From: Chloroflexota bacterium
GTDB lineage: Bacteria > Chloroflexota > Limnocylindria > P2-11E
Assembly: GCA_005881885.1 (NCBI GenBank)
Contig: VBDX01000139.1
Location: 2,913 to 66,912, forward strand
Direction of reading: 5' to 3'
Length of the DNA: 64,000 nt
Every line of letters begins with the position of its first letter. The first letter of the stretch is position 1. Of the stretch, positions 19,686 to 28,130 are shown piece by piece. Both the position numbers and the translations under genes were made by a program. Under the pieces are notes generated by a model that had not been told where the DNA came from, searched no databases, and saw only the letters and a program-made list of their open reading frames with translations.

Positions 19686-20426
19686 TCACGGCGGGCGCCC
19701 CAGAAATGCGAGCTGCGTTCCGTACCGGCCTTCCGCGTCGCGCGCGCGGTACGACCAGAGGTCCCGGCCGCCGCACTTCGTGCAAATCCCCGCGACCTCG
19801 ATATCGCGGACGCCGTACGACTCGAGCTGCGCGAGGTTCGCCGACCAGAGGTCGAAAACGATCCCGCCCTGGCGCTCGCGAACGTGGTCGCCGAGGCGCC
19901 GCAGCATCTTCGCGCGCGACTCGTCGATGACATAGCAGCATGGCCCGATCGACGGTCCGAGCGCCGCAACGATCTGACTCGTGTCAGCGCCGTCGGCTTT
20001 GAGCGCGGCGATCAGCGAGCCGGCCACGCCCAGCATCGTCCCCTGCCAGCCGGCGTGAGCGGCGCCCATACGGCCAGCGCCGTCCGCGACGAGCACGGGC
20101 ACGCAGTCGGCGGCCGCGATGCCGAGTAGCACGCCGGCGCGGTCCGTCCACATGCCGTCCGCTTCCGCGCGCGGCTCGACGGCGCGGTCGGCGCGCACGA
20201 TCGAGTTCCCATGCACCTGCTTCACGCGCGCGATGGCGTCGAAGCCGAGACGGCGGGCCAACGCGTCGCGGTTCGCGGCCTGCTCCGTCTCCGGATACAC
20301 CGACCCCGCCATGCTGCCGAGCGCACGCGTGGTGAACCCCGCAACGAGGCCGTGCGCCTCCAGCAGCGGCGAGCGCAGCGTGCCGTCCCGCAACGTCCAG
20401 GTGGGGGGTTCGAGATCTTGGTTCAC
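19686..20426 (-). CDS. pgeF: Peptidoglycan editing factor PgeF/YfiH
   Basis: QVHG, ADCVPV, AHAGWQG, GPSIGPCCY, CT..SYR. Confidence 0.9.
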   Translation of the reverse strand: MNQDLEPPTWTLRDGTLRSPLLEAHGLVAGFTTRALGSMAGSVYPETEQAANRDALARRLGFDAIARVKQVHGNSIVRADRAVEPRAEADGMWTDRAGVLLGIAAADCVPVLVADGAGRMGAAHAGWQGTMLGVAGSLIAALKADGADTSQIVAALGPSIGPCCYVIDESRAKMLRRLGDHVRERQGGIVFDLWSANLAQLESYGVRDIEVAGICTKCGGRDLWSYRARDAEGRYGTQLAFLGRPP

Positions 20427-21418
20427 TCGATCGGCGTCGCGAACGCCAGGATCGCGGCGACGATCCCGGCGAGCGCGGCGATGAGCCAGAAACGGATCGT
20501 GACCTTCTCCTCAGGCCAGCCGATCAGCTCGAAGTGGTTGTGGAGCGGCGACATCCGGAAGATCCGTTTGCCGCGGAGCTTGAACGATCCGACCTGAAGG
20601 ATCACCGAGAGCGTTTCCGCGACGAAGATCACGCCCGCGACCGGAAGGAGCAGCACGAACCCTGTCGTGAGCGCGCACGCGGCGAGGGTCGCGCCGATCG
20701 CGAGTGCGCCGGTGTCGCCCATGATGAATTCGGCCGGGTGCACGTTGAACCACAGGAACGCCAGGAGCGCGCCAACCATCGCCGCGCAGAACACGACGAG
20801 CCAGTCGTAGTGGCGCGCCGCGGCGATGAACGCGAACGAGAGGAACGCGAACACGCTCGTTCCTCCAGCCAGGCCGTCCATGCCATCGGTGAGGTTCACG
20901 CCGTTCGACATCGCGACGATCGCGAAGAGCGCGAGCAGAACGAAGAGCGCACCGCCAATCACCCACTCGCCGACGAGCGGCACGAAGATGCCGGTCACGT
21001 CGAAGTGGTTCCGGATGTAGACCGCGGCGGCAAGGCCGACGATCACCTGCCACACGAGCTTGTGGCGCCCGCGGATGCCGAAGCCGTACGTCACGTTGAC
21101 CCAGTCGTCGATCGCGCCCAGGAGACCCACGCCCACGAGCGCGCCGATCGGCACGATCGTCTGGGGAACGAAGACGTCACGCTGCCCTTCGGGGAGCAGC
21201 ACCAGCACGAAGACCCAGAGGACGGCGACCACGATGATGAAGAGCGCGCCGCCCATGGTGGGGATCCCCTGTTTCGCGAAGTCGCGGCTCGGTCCCTCCC
21301 GCCGGATGTTCGCTCCGATGCGCAGCCGTCGCAGCAGCTGGATGTACGGACCGCCGAAAATGAGACCGAGCAGGAAGGCCGAGAGCAGCACGCCGAGCGC
21401 GAGGATGGCCGTCGGCAT
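20423..21418 (-). CDS. mraY: Phospho-N-acetylmuramoyl-pentapeptide transferase
   Basis: PTMGG, DD, NLTDGMDGL, FMGDTG, MSPLHNHFE. Confidence 0.95.
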   Translation of the reverse strand: MPTAILALGVLLSAFLLGLIFGGPYIQLLRRLRIGANIRREGPSRDFAKQGIPTMGGALFIIVVAVLWVFVLVLLPEGQRDVFVPQTIVPIGALVGVGLLGAIDDWVNVTYGFGIRGRHKLVWQVIVGLAAAVYIRNHFDVTGIFVPLVGEWVIGGALFVLLALFAIVAMSNGVNLTDGMDGLAGGTSVFAFLSFAFIAAARHYDWLVVFCAAMVGALLAFLWFNVHPAEFIMGDTGALAIGATLAACALTTGFVLLLPVAGVIFVAETLSVILQVGSFKLRGKRIFRMSPLHNHFELIGWPEEKVTIRFWLIAALAGIVAAILAFATPIE

Positions 21419-22854
21419 CAGACCGCGGCCGCCGGCCGCGCCAGGGCGTCCGCGAGCCGGTCCAACTCGAGCGCTCGGGAGCCCTTCACCAGGACGGTGT
21501 CCCCGCGGCGCAGGAGGCGTCGCAGCAGCACGAGTGCCTCGGGGGACCCGGCGACGGTGTGCGCTTCCTTCATTCCGGCAGCCCGCGCCGCGCTCACGAT
21601 GGTCCGGGCGAGGTCGCCGACCCCGATGAGGACATCGGCTGATCGCGCGGCCTCGCGACCCACGGCCTCGTGCGCGTCCGCGGAGAGCGTACCCAGCTCC
21701 AACATATCCCCCAGCACCGCAACCCGGCGCGTGTCTACCGAGCCGAGCACCGCGAGCGCGGCCGCCACGGCCGCCGGACTGGCGTTGTACGAGTCGTCGA
21801 TCACGACAAGCTGCGGCGTGCGGCGCACGTTCATGCGGTGCGCGGGCGCATCCATCGTCGCGAGGGCGGTCGCGGCCTCGTCGAGCGGCACGCCGAGCTC
21901 GGTCGCGGCCCCAAGGGCGGCGAGCGCCGCCGGCACGAGATGACGTCCGGGTATCGGCAGGCGCACCTCCTCGCGCTCGCCGTCCGCGTGCGCGACGAAG
22001 CGAACGCCCTCGATCCCGGAGGCGCGGACGTCGGTCGCCCGTAGCGCGGCGTCGGCAGATTCACCGTAGAGCACGACGCGCGCCCGGGTGCGCGGCGCGA
22101 GCGCGCGCACCCGCGGATCGTCGGCGTTGAGGAGGGCGATGCCGTCATCGGGAAGCGCCTCGATCAGCTCCGCCTTCCCCGCGGCGATGGCCTCGATGCT
22201 CGGCGTCCGCGAGAAGTGCACTGGACGCTCAGGGATCGCGGTGATGATCCCGATGCGCGGTCGCACGAGAGCACAGAGATCCGCGATCTCACCGGGCACG
22301 TAAAAACCGATCTCGATCACCGCCACCTCGTGACTCGGCTCGATGCCCAGGAATGTCATTGGGACGCCGATCTCGTTGTTGAAGGAGGCTGCGCTGCGCA
22401 GCACGCGGTAGCGGGCGCCAAGCGCCGCCGCGGTGGCTTCCTTCGTCGTCGTCTTCCCGACGTTGCCGGTGATGCCGACGGCCGGGATCGGGTGGGCGTC
22501 GCGAAGGGCCTCGGCCAGCCGGCGGAGCGCGTGCTGCGCGTCGGCCACCTCGATCAGAAGAGCGGAGTCGGGGAGATCGTGAACGGGTCGCTCCACCACC
22601 GCGGCTCGCGCCCCGTGCGCGAGCGCGTCGGCCACGAACCCATGGCCATCGCGACGATCGCGGAGCGCGAAGAACACGCTCCCGGGCTCCGCGATGCGCG
22701 AATCGAACGCGCCCCCAGTGAAGCGGTCCGACAGGTTCGGGACGCCGTGGATCACCCGTCCACCCGTCGCGCGGAGCATCTCCTCGAGGGTGAACACGCT
22801 CTGCCGAATGGTACGGTTGGGGGCCTCCGTCCCCCGGCCCCCGGTCCTCCTCAT
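21418..22854 (-). CDS. murF: UDP-MurNAc-tripeptide--D-Ala-D-Ala ligase
   Basis: GITGNVGKTTTKE, FNNEIGVP, DDSYNASP, GDMLELG, VKGSR; start is either ATG 22854 (ATGA overlap) or GTG 22797. Confidence 0.92.
   Translation of the reverse strand: MRRTGGRGTEAPNRTIRQSVFTLEEMLRATGGRVIHGVPNLSDRFTGGAFDSRIAEPGSVFFALRDRRDGHGFVADALAHGARAAVVERPVHDLPDSALLIEVADAQHALRRLAEALRDAHPIPAVGITGNVGKTTTKEATAAALGARYRVLRSAASFNNEIGVPMTFLGIEPSHEVAVIEIGFYVPGEIADLCALVRPRIGIITAIPERPVHFSRTPSIEAIAAGKAELIEALPDDGIALLNADDPRVRALAPRTRARVVLYGESADAALRATDVRASGIEGVRFVAHADGEREEVRLPIPGRHLVPAALAALGAATELGVPLDEAATALATMDAPAHRMNVRRTPQLVVIDDSYNASPAAVAAALAVLGSVDTRRVAVLGDMLELGTLSADAHEAVGREAARSADVLIGVGDLARTIVSAARAAGMKEAHTVAGSPEALVLLRRLLRRGDTVLVKGSRALELDRLADALARPAAAV
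22819..22842 (-). repeat. Family 1 palindromic repeat at the ftsI/murF junction
   Basis: GGGGGCCGGGGGACGGAGGCCCCC. Confidence 0.7.
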
Positions 22855-24533
22855 GGCCGATCTGGTTGCACCCGCGCGTACCTGAGCGCGTCGGTCGCGA
22901 TGCCCTTGAAAGCCGTCATCGCCGGTAGGGTCCCGAGCAGCTTCGACTCTGGACGTTCCAGGACGACCACCACCACCAGTTGTGGGTCCTCCGCCGGGAC
23001 GAATCCAGCGAACGATGAGATGTATGCGTCATCGACATAGCGGCCGTCATTGCTCGGGATCTGCGCCGTTCCGGTCTTTCCCGCGACGCTGTAGGCCTTC
23101 AGCGCGGCCGCGTTCGCGATCCCGTGATCGACGGTGGCGGTGAGCATCGTGCGGAGCGTCGCCGCCGTCTGGGACGAGATCACACGCCGCAGCGGTGCCG
23201 GCGCGGTGCGGTGCTCCCCGTCCGCATCGCGCCGGCTCGCCACGACGTAGGGGCGGAAGAGGGTCCCGCCGTTCGCGATCGCGGCGTAGGCGGCCGCCAG
23301 CTGCAGTGGCGTGATCGAAAGACCCTGCCCGAAGCTGATCGTGCCGAGGTCCACCGGATACCACTCCGCGAGCGGACGGACGCGGCCGGTCGTCTCCGCG
23401 GCAAGATCCACTCCCGTGGGCGCGCCGAATCCGAAGGCTTCTAAGTAAGAACGCAGATCGGGCGCGCCGAGCTGGCTCGCGACGAACACCGCGCCCGCGT
23501 TCTGCGAGCGCTCCAGGACCTGGGCCACCGTCGTGGGTCCATAGACCTTCCCGTATGCGTTCGAAAGAACGCGCCCGCCGATCACCGCGTAGCCCACGTC
23601 GTTGTAGGACGTCTTCGGCGTGACGACGCCCTTATCGAGCGCGGCGGCGATGGTGATCGCCTTCATCGTCGATCCGGGCTCATACGTCCATGAGATCGCG
23701 CGGTCGCGGAGCGCTTCGTTCGTCGCGGCGGCGACGCGCGCCGGGTCGTACGACGGAGACGATGCGAGCGCACGCACCGCGCCGTCGCGCGGGTCGAGGA
23801 CGACCACCGATCCACTCGTGGCCTTCTCGCTTTGCACCGCCGCGGCGAGCTCGCGCTCAACCGCCGTTTGGATCGCGAGGTCCAGCGTAAGTACGAGGTC
23901 CTGGCCGTCCTTCGCGTTGAGGCCGGTGCGAAGACCGAGCGCGAGCTGGCGACTCGCCGGATCGCGCTCGACGACGAGACGGCCCGGCACGCCGCGCAAC
24001 ACGTCGTCGTAGCGGCCCTCGACTCCGTACTGCCCGAGCCCGTCGTCATTGACGAACCCGAGGACCTGCGCGCCGATCGCGCCACTCGGGTAGAGCCGCT
24101 TCGGCTCTTTCTCGAAGCCGAGTCCTTCGATCCGGAGGGCCGCGATCCGGTTCGCCGTGTCCTCAGGTAATCGGCGCCGTAGGTACAACCATTCACCGCC
24201 GCTCTCAAGGGCGGCGCGAAGGACGTCGGGACGCTCGCCGAGGATCGGAGCGAGCGCTGCAGCGGTCGCGCCGCGATCGACAATGCGCCCGGGGATGGCA
24301 TAGAGCGAGCGAAGCTCGACGGTCGTGGCGAGGATCGCGCCGCCGCGATCGCGGATGACGCCTCGATGCGCGGCGAGCACCAGATCGCTTCGGACCTGGT
24401 CGGTGGCCTGGCCGAGGAGCTCGCCCCTCCCAATCGTCTGCCAGTACGCGAGTCGTGCGGACAGCACCAGCGACGCGACAGCGAAGAAAGCGAACAGCAC
24501 GCGGAGCCGCGCATGCGAGATCGTCGCCGTCAT
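22851..24533 (-). CDS. ftsI: Class B penicillin-binding protein FtsI
   Basis: N-terminal TM, dimerisation domain, STMK, SQN, KTG motifs; start ATG 24533. Confidence 0.93.
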   Translation of the reverse strand: MTATISHARLRVLFAFFAVASLVLSARLAYWQTIGRGELLGQATDQVRSDLVLAAHRGVIRDRGGAILATTVELRSLYAIPGRIVDRGATAAALAPILGERPDVLRAALESGGEWLYLRRRLPEDTANRIAALRIEGLGFEKEPKRLYPSGAIGAQVLGFVNDDGLGQYGVEGRYDDVLRGVPGRLVVERDPASRQLALGLRTGLNAKDGQDLVLTLDLAIQTAVERELAAAVQSEKATSGSVVVLDPRDGAVRALASSPSYDPARVAAATNEALRDRAISWTYEPGSTMKAITIAAALDKGVVTPKTSYNDVGYAVIGGRVLSNAYGKVYGPTTVAQVLERSQNAGAVFVASQLGAPDLRSYLEAFGFGAPTGVDLAAETTGRVRPLAEWYPVDLGTISFGQGLSITPLQLAAAYAAIANGGTLFRPYVVASRRDADGEHRTAPAPLRRVISSQTAATLRTMLTATVDHGIANAAALKAYSVAGKTGTAQIPSNDGRYVDDAYISSFAGFVPAEDPQLVVVVVLERPESKLLGTLPAMTAFKGIATDALRYARVQPDRP

Positions 24534-24585
24534 CTTGACCTCCGGCGCTGACTTGGGGTGCCCGCTCCCCGCCGACAACCCTCGT

Positions 24586-24610
24586 GGGGGCCGGGGGCGG
24601 AGCCCCCGAG
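24586..24610 (+). repeat. Family 1 palindromic repeat between ftsL and ftsI
   Basis: GGGGGCCGGGGGCGGAGCCCCCGAG. Confidence 0.8.
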
Positions 24611-24618
24611 TTCTTCTC

Positions 24619-25020
24619 TTAGCGCTTGGCGGCGATCTCCAGTGCCGGTACGACCCGGATTGTGGCCGCCCGGACCAGACCGAGCCGCTGCGCGGCGGCC
24701 TCGATCCGCGCGGGCGAGTCGAGCCGCGCGCTCTCGATCTCAAGGAGGGCGTTCTGTCGTCGGATTTCGTCGCGCTGCGCCGAAAGACGCTGGGCTTCGT
24801 AGCCCGCCGCCGAAACCGCCGTGGCTTGGGCGAGATAGAGGAGGACGAGGAGAAACCCCGCGACGATCACGCCGCTCACGAGGAGGAACGAGCGGACCTC
24901 CCAGCTCGCGCTTCGAGCGACCGTCCGGCGATCCGCGGCACGGCGGTGGACGGCCTGCCGCAGGGGACGGTGCTGCACGCGCCGCACATGCGGCGCGCGC
25001 ACGGCCTGCGCGAACGTCAA
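24619..25020 (-). CDS. ftsL: FtsL-like cell division protein
   Basis: One TM helix plus coiled coil ending SPARIEAAAQRLGL; between rsmH and ftsI; TTGA overlap start. Confidence 0.8.
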   Translation of the reverse strand: MTFAQAVRAPHVRRVQHRPLRQAVHRRAADRRTVARSASWEVRSFLLVSGVIVAGFLLVLLYLAQATAVSAAGYEAQRLSAQRDEIRRQNALLEIESARLDSPARIEAAAQRLGLVRAATIRVVPALEIAAKR

Positions 25021-25976
25021 GGGAGGCGCTCGGCGACGCGAAGGGCCGCGCTGCGGGCGCGCGGGTTGCGGCCGACCTCCGCCGAGGCCGCACGTAGCGG
25101 CCGCCGGGTAACGACACGCAAGCCCGCGCGGTGCCCGCAGACGCAGGTGGGGAGGTGGGGAGGACAAATGCAGTCGCGCGATTCGCGCGCGAAGAACTGT
25201 TTGACGATCCGATCCTCGAGCGAGTGAAAGGAGATGACCGCGATCCGGCCTCCGGGGCGGAGGACGCTCATCGCGCCTTCGAGCGCCACCGAGAGGTTCG
25301 CGAGCTCGTCATTCACCGCGATGCGGAGCGCTTGGAAGACCCGCGTGGCCGGATCGATGCCCCGAGGACGGCGGGTCTTCACGCCCGCGACGAAGCGGCC
25401 GAGCTCGTCAGCGGTCCCGAAGGGCGTCTTGGCGCGGCGGCGGACGATCGCCCCGGCGATCCGTGCGGCTTCGGGCTCTTCGCCGTATTCGGCGAAGACG
25501 CGGCGAAGGTCGTTCCCGGACCAGCTGTTCACGATCTCGGCTGCTCCGAGGCGAAGGTCCGGGTCGGCACGCATATCCAGCGGGCCTCGCGCGCGAAAGC
25601 TGAAGCCCCGCTCTTCGTTGGCAAGCTGGAGCGAGCTGAGCCCGAGATCCAGGAGGACGCCGTCGACCGGTGCGAAGTCGTGCGAGCGGGCCACGTCGTG
25701 AAGACGCGCGAAGTTGGCCCGGACGAGTACGGCGCGATCGCCGAAACGAGCGAGCTCCTTCGCCGCGGCGGCAAGCGCCTCGGGATCGCGGTCGATCCCG
25801 AGGAGCTTTCCGCTCGGCCCGCTTCGTTCGAGGACGGCCGCGGCGTGGCCTCCGGCGCCGACCGTCCCGTCGAGATAGCGGCCCGCTTCATGGGGATCGA
25901 GCTGGGCGAGTACTTCGGCGAGAAGAACCGGCTCATGTGCGAGTCGGGGGGCTCTGCCCTCCGGCCCCCGAACAAT
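25017..25976 (-). CDS. rsmH: 16S rRNA m4C1402 methyltransferase RsmH (start uncertain, ATT proposed)
   Basis: HEPVLLAEV, DGTVGAGGH, DLGLSSLQL, PLDMR, FQALRIAVNDE, FHSLEDRIVK, NPRARSA. Confidence 0.93.
   Translation of the reverse strand: MVRGPEGRAPRLAHEPVLLAEVLAQLDPHEAGRYLDGTVGAGGHAAAVLERSGPSGKLLGIDRDPEALAAAAKELARFGDRAVLVRANFARLHDVARSHDFAPVDGVLLDLGLSSLQLANEERGFSFRARGPLDMRADPDLRLGAAEIVNSWSGNDLRRVFAEYGEEPEAARIAGAIVRRRAKTPFGTADELGRFVAGVKTRRPRGIDPATRVFQALRIAVNDELANLSVALEGAMSVLRPGGRIAVISFHSLEDRIVKQFFARESRDCICPPHLPTCVCGHRAGLRVVTRRPLRAASAEVGRNPRARSAALRVAERLP
25943..25969 (-). repeat. Family 1 palindromic repeat at the rsmH 5' end
   Basis: GGGGGCCGGAGGGCAGAGCCCCCCGAC. Confidence 0.8.
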
Positions 25977-25986
25977 CGGATTCCCA

Positions 25987-26451
25987 CTAGATCCCGAGGT
26001 CCCTGAGGTCGCGCTCGATATCGGTCTGGACTCCGGCGAGGCGGGCGCGCCAGCGTCCGGGCTCCCAGACCTCGAGGTGGTCCGAGTTGCCGATGACGAC
26101 GGCCTCTCCCGCGAGCGACGCGTACTCGCGGAGATGCGACGGGATCGTGACTCGCCCTTGGCCATCAGGGTCGGCGGCGTGGGCGCCAGCCAGCACGAAG
26201 TGCCGAAACCGGGCCACCGCCGGGTCGGTCCGCGGGCGCTTGGTGATTTCGGCGTTCAGGCTCTCCCACTCCGGCGCCGGGAAGACGGCAAGGCATTCAC
26301 CTATCCAACGCGTCACGACCGCTCCTTCTTTGAAGCGGCCTCGGAACTTGGCGGGGATGGCGAGCCGACCCTTCTCGTCCAGCGAGTGGGCGAATTCGCC
26401 TGCGAAATAGCTTTCCAGGTTTCCTTCCGTCTTCGGGAGACGGTTCCCCAC
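25987..26451 (-). CDS. mraZ: Transcriptional regulator MraZ
   Basis: FAGEFAHSLDEKGRLAIPAKFR..DGQGRVTIP..EVW; start is GTG 26451 or CTG 26418. Confidence 0.95.
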   Translation of the reverse strand: MGNRLPKTEGNLESYFAGEFAHSLDEKGRLAIPAKFRGRFKEGAVVTRWIGECLAVFPAPEWESLNAEITKRPRTDPAVARFRHFVLAGAHAADPDGQGRVTIPSHLREYASLAGEAVVIGNSDHLEVWEPGRWRARLAGVQTDIERDLRDLGI

Positions 26452-26471
26452 CGTCCCCCACTACTCACCAC
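26447..26471 (-). promoter_or_regulatory. MraZ operator: three GTGG(G/T) direct repeats with 10-bp period
   Basis: GTGGT-gagta-GTGGG-ggacg-GTGGG, just downstream of the promoter. Confidence 0.8.
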
Positions 26472-26480
26472 GCGAGCGGC

Positions 26481-26508
26481 AAGTTACACCTCGGACGGCC
26501 ACTGTCAA
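26481..26508 (-). promoter_or_regulatory. Sigma70-type dcw promoter, TTGACA-N16-TAACTT
   Basis: Perfect -35 box and a TAnnnT -10 box upstream of the MraZ boxes. Confidence 0.75.
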
Positions 26509-26545
26509 TAGGTGAAGTCGATCGATTTCCCTACGTGCCCGCATA

Positions 26546-26696
26546 GCTCGCGGGTCCTGTCCCCGGCTCGGGGCCGTGCGCTCGCCGCACCCTCCCCGCA
26601 GCCGCCCTCGCTGTCTCTTCCCGCCATCATGGCGGCGCGGGGCCCCGGGGCACCCGCGGCTCGCGCACAACCCTCTCGCCGGTGCCACCCGCGAGC
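26546..26696. repeat. Structured ~150-bp intergenic element, family 2, copy 1
   Basis: 10-bp terminal inverted repeat GCTCGCGGGT/ACCCGCGAGC; shares CGGGTCCTGTC and GCGCTCGCCGCACCCTCCC with 46771-46908. Confidence 0.75.
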
Positions 26697-26708
26697 CGCG
26701 CGCGTTGG

Positions 26709-27782
26709 CTAGATCGGTCGAACTCTTTCGACTACGTCTTCCAGGGCGCGCCCTGCCCGTTCGAGTCGTGAGAGTGGGCGGACTCCGTCATGAGCTCCGA
26801 ACCACTCCAGGACGGAGGCGCCCCAGGTGAAGCCGCCGCCGAATGCGACCAGCAGCACCTTGTCACCCTTACGCAGCCGTCCGGTCGCCTCGGCCTCGCA
26901 GATCGCGATCGGGACCGAGGCGGCCGAGGTGTTGCCGTACCGCTGGATGTTCACGAAAACCTTCTCCGAAGGAAAGCGCAGGCGCTTCGCGACGCCCTCG
27001 ATGATCCGCACGTTGGCCTGGTGCGGGATCATGATGTCGATATCGTCGAGCGTCAGTCCCGCATCGGCGATCGCCTCTTCCGCCGCATCGGCCATGGACT
27101 TCACCGCGAGCTTGAAGACCTCGCCGCCGGCCATCGTGATGAAGTGCAGGCCGCGCTCGAGGGTCTCCGTCGTGGCTGGCATCTTCGAGCCGCCGGCCGG
27201 CACCATCAGCATCTCGCCCTTCGAGCCATCGCCGTGCAGCACCGTCGACTCGATGCCGACCGAAGCATTCGTCGCTTCGAGCACCACTGCGCCGGCCCCG
27301 TCACCGAAGAGGACGCACGTCGTGCGGTCCTTCCAGTTGAGGAGGCGCGAGAGGGTCTCCGCCCCGATGACCAGCGCGTTCTCAATCGCCCCGGAGACGA
27401 TCATCCCGCGGGCGATCGCGAGCGCCGAAATGAAGCTGGTGCACGCCGCCTCCACGTCGAACGCTCCGGCGCGCGTCGCCCCGATCTCGGCCTGGACCAG
27501 GCATGCCGTCGCTGGGAAGAGGTAATCGGGGGAGGCGGTCCCGACGATGACCAGTTGAACATCCTGTCCGCGCAGGTGGGCCTTCTCGAGCGCCTGACGT
27601 GCGGCGCGGATCGACATCGTGGAGGTCGTCTCGCCATCCGACGCGATGCGCCGCTCCTTGATGCCGGTCCGGCTGGTGATCCATTCGTCCGAGGTGTCGA
27701 CGATGCGCTCGAGGTCGGCGTTGGTCAGGACGCGCGAAGGCGCATAGAAACCCCAACCGGTGATGACCGCGTTCTTCGCCAT
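26709..27782 (-). CDS. fabH: 3-oxoacyl-ACP synthase III
   Basis: AACTSF, LFGDGAGA, PHQAN, GNTSAAS, AFGGGFTWG. Confidence 0.95.
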   Translation of the reverse strand: MAKNAVITGWGFYAPSRVLTNADLERIVDTSDEWITSRTGIKERRIASDGETTSTMSIRAARQALEKAHLRGQDVQLVIVGTASPDYLFPATACLVQAEIGATRAGAFDVEAACTSFISALAIARGMIVSGAIENALVIGAETLSRLLNWKDRTTCVLFGDGAGAVVLEATNASVGIESTVLHGDGSKGEMLMVPAGGSKMPATTETLERGLHFITMAGGEVFKLAVKSMADAAEEAIADAGLTLDDIDIMIPHQANVRIIEGVAKRLRFPSEKVFVNIQRYGNTSAASVPIAICEAEATGRLRKGDKVLLVAFGGGFTWGASVLEWFGAHDGVRPLSRLERAGRALEDVVERVRPI

Positions 27783-28130
27783 CTAGGAGCGGTCGGGCTC
27801 GGTCTTTACCTTGTCGCCGCGGGTGAAGAGAGTGCGGACGTCGCCGCTATAGGCCTCGAGGAACTCGTGCGCATCGATGACCTCATCGGCGCTGACCGCG
27901 GGCCGCTTCGGCCGCTCGGGCTCCTCCTTCACCGGGCTGATCGCCGCGCGCTGCTCGTCGACGACGACCAGGAGCTTGAACGCCGTATCGCATTTCGCGC
28001 ACGTGACACGGACGATCCAAGCCGACTCGAGCTTTCCGAGCACACGGATATCGGAGCCGGCGTGATTGGCCCCGCACACGCTGCACTTGTAGTCCTTCGC
28101 CTGCTCGCGGAGGAAACGCAGGATGTTCAC
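27783..28130 (-). CDS. Hypothetical zinc-ribbon protein
   Basis: CSVC..CAKC pair; C-terminal DEVIDAHEFL; translationally adjacent to fabH. Confidence 0.7.
   Translation of the reverse strand: MNILRFLREQAKDYKCSVCGANHAGSDIRVLGKLESAWIVRVTCAKCDTAFKLLVVVDEQRAAISPVKEEPERPKRPAVSADEVIDAHEFLEAYSGDVRTLFTRGDKVKTEPDRS

Noticed and set aside
20401-20414. GTGGGGGGTTCGAG in the pgeF 5' end
   Set aside because: It matches only the head of the 35824/35864 subtype with no hairpin, and is too short to exclude chance.
25529-25987. 152-aa ORF starting GTG after mraZ
   Set aside because: Out of frame with the RsmH motifs; relevant only as a possible frameshift entry to rsmH.
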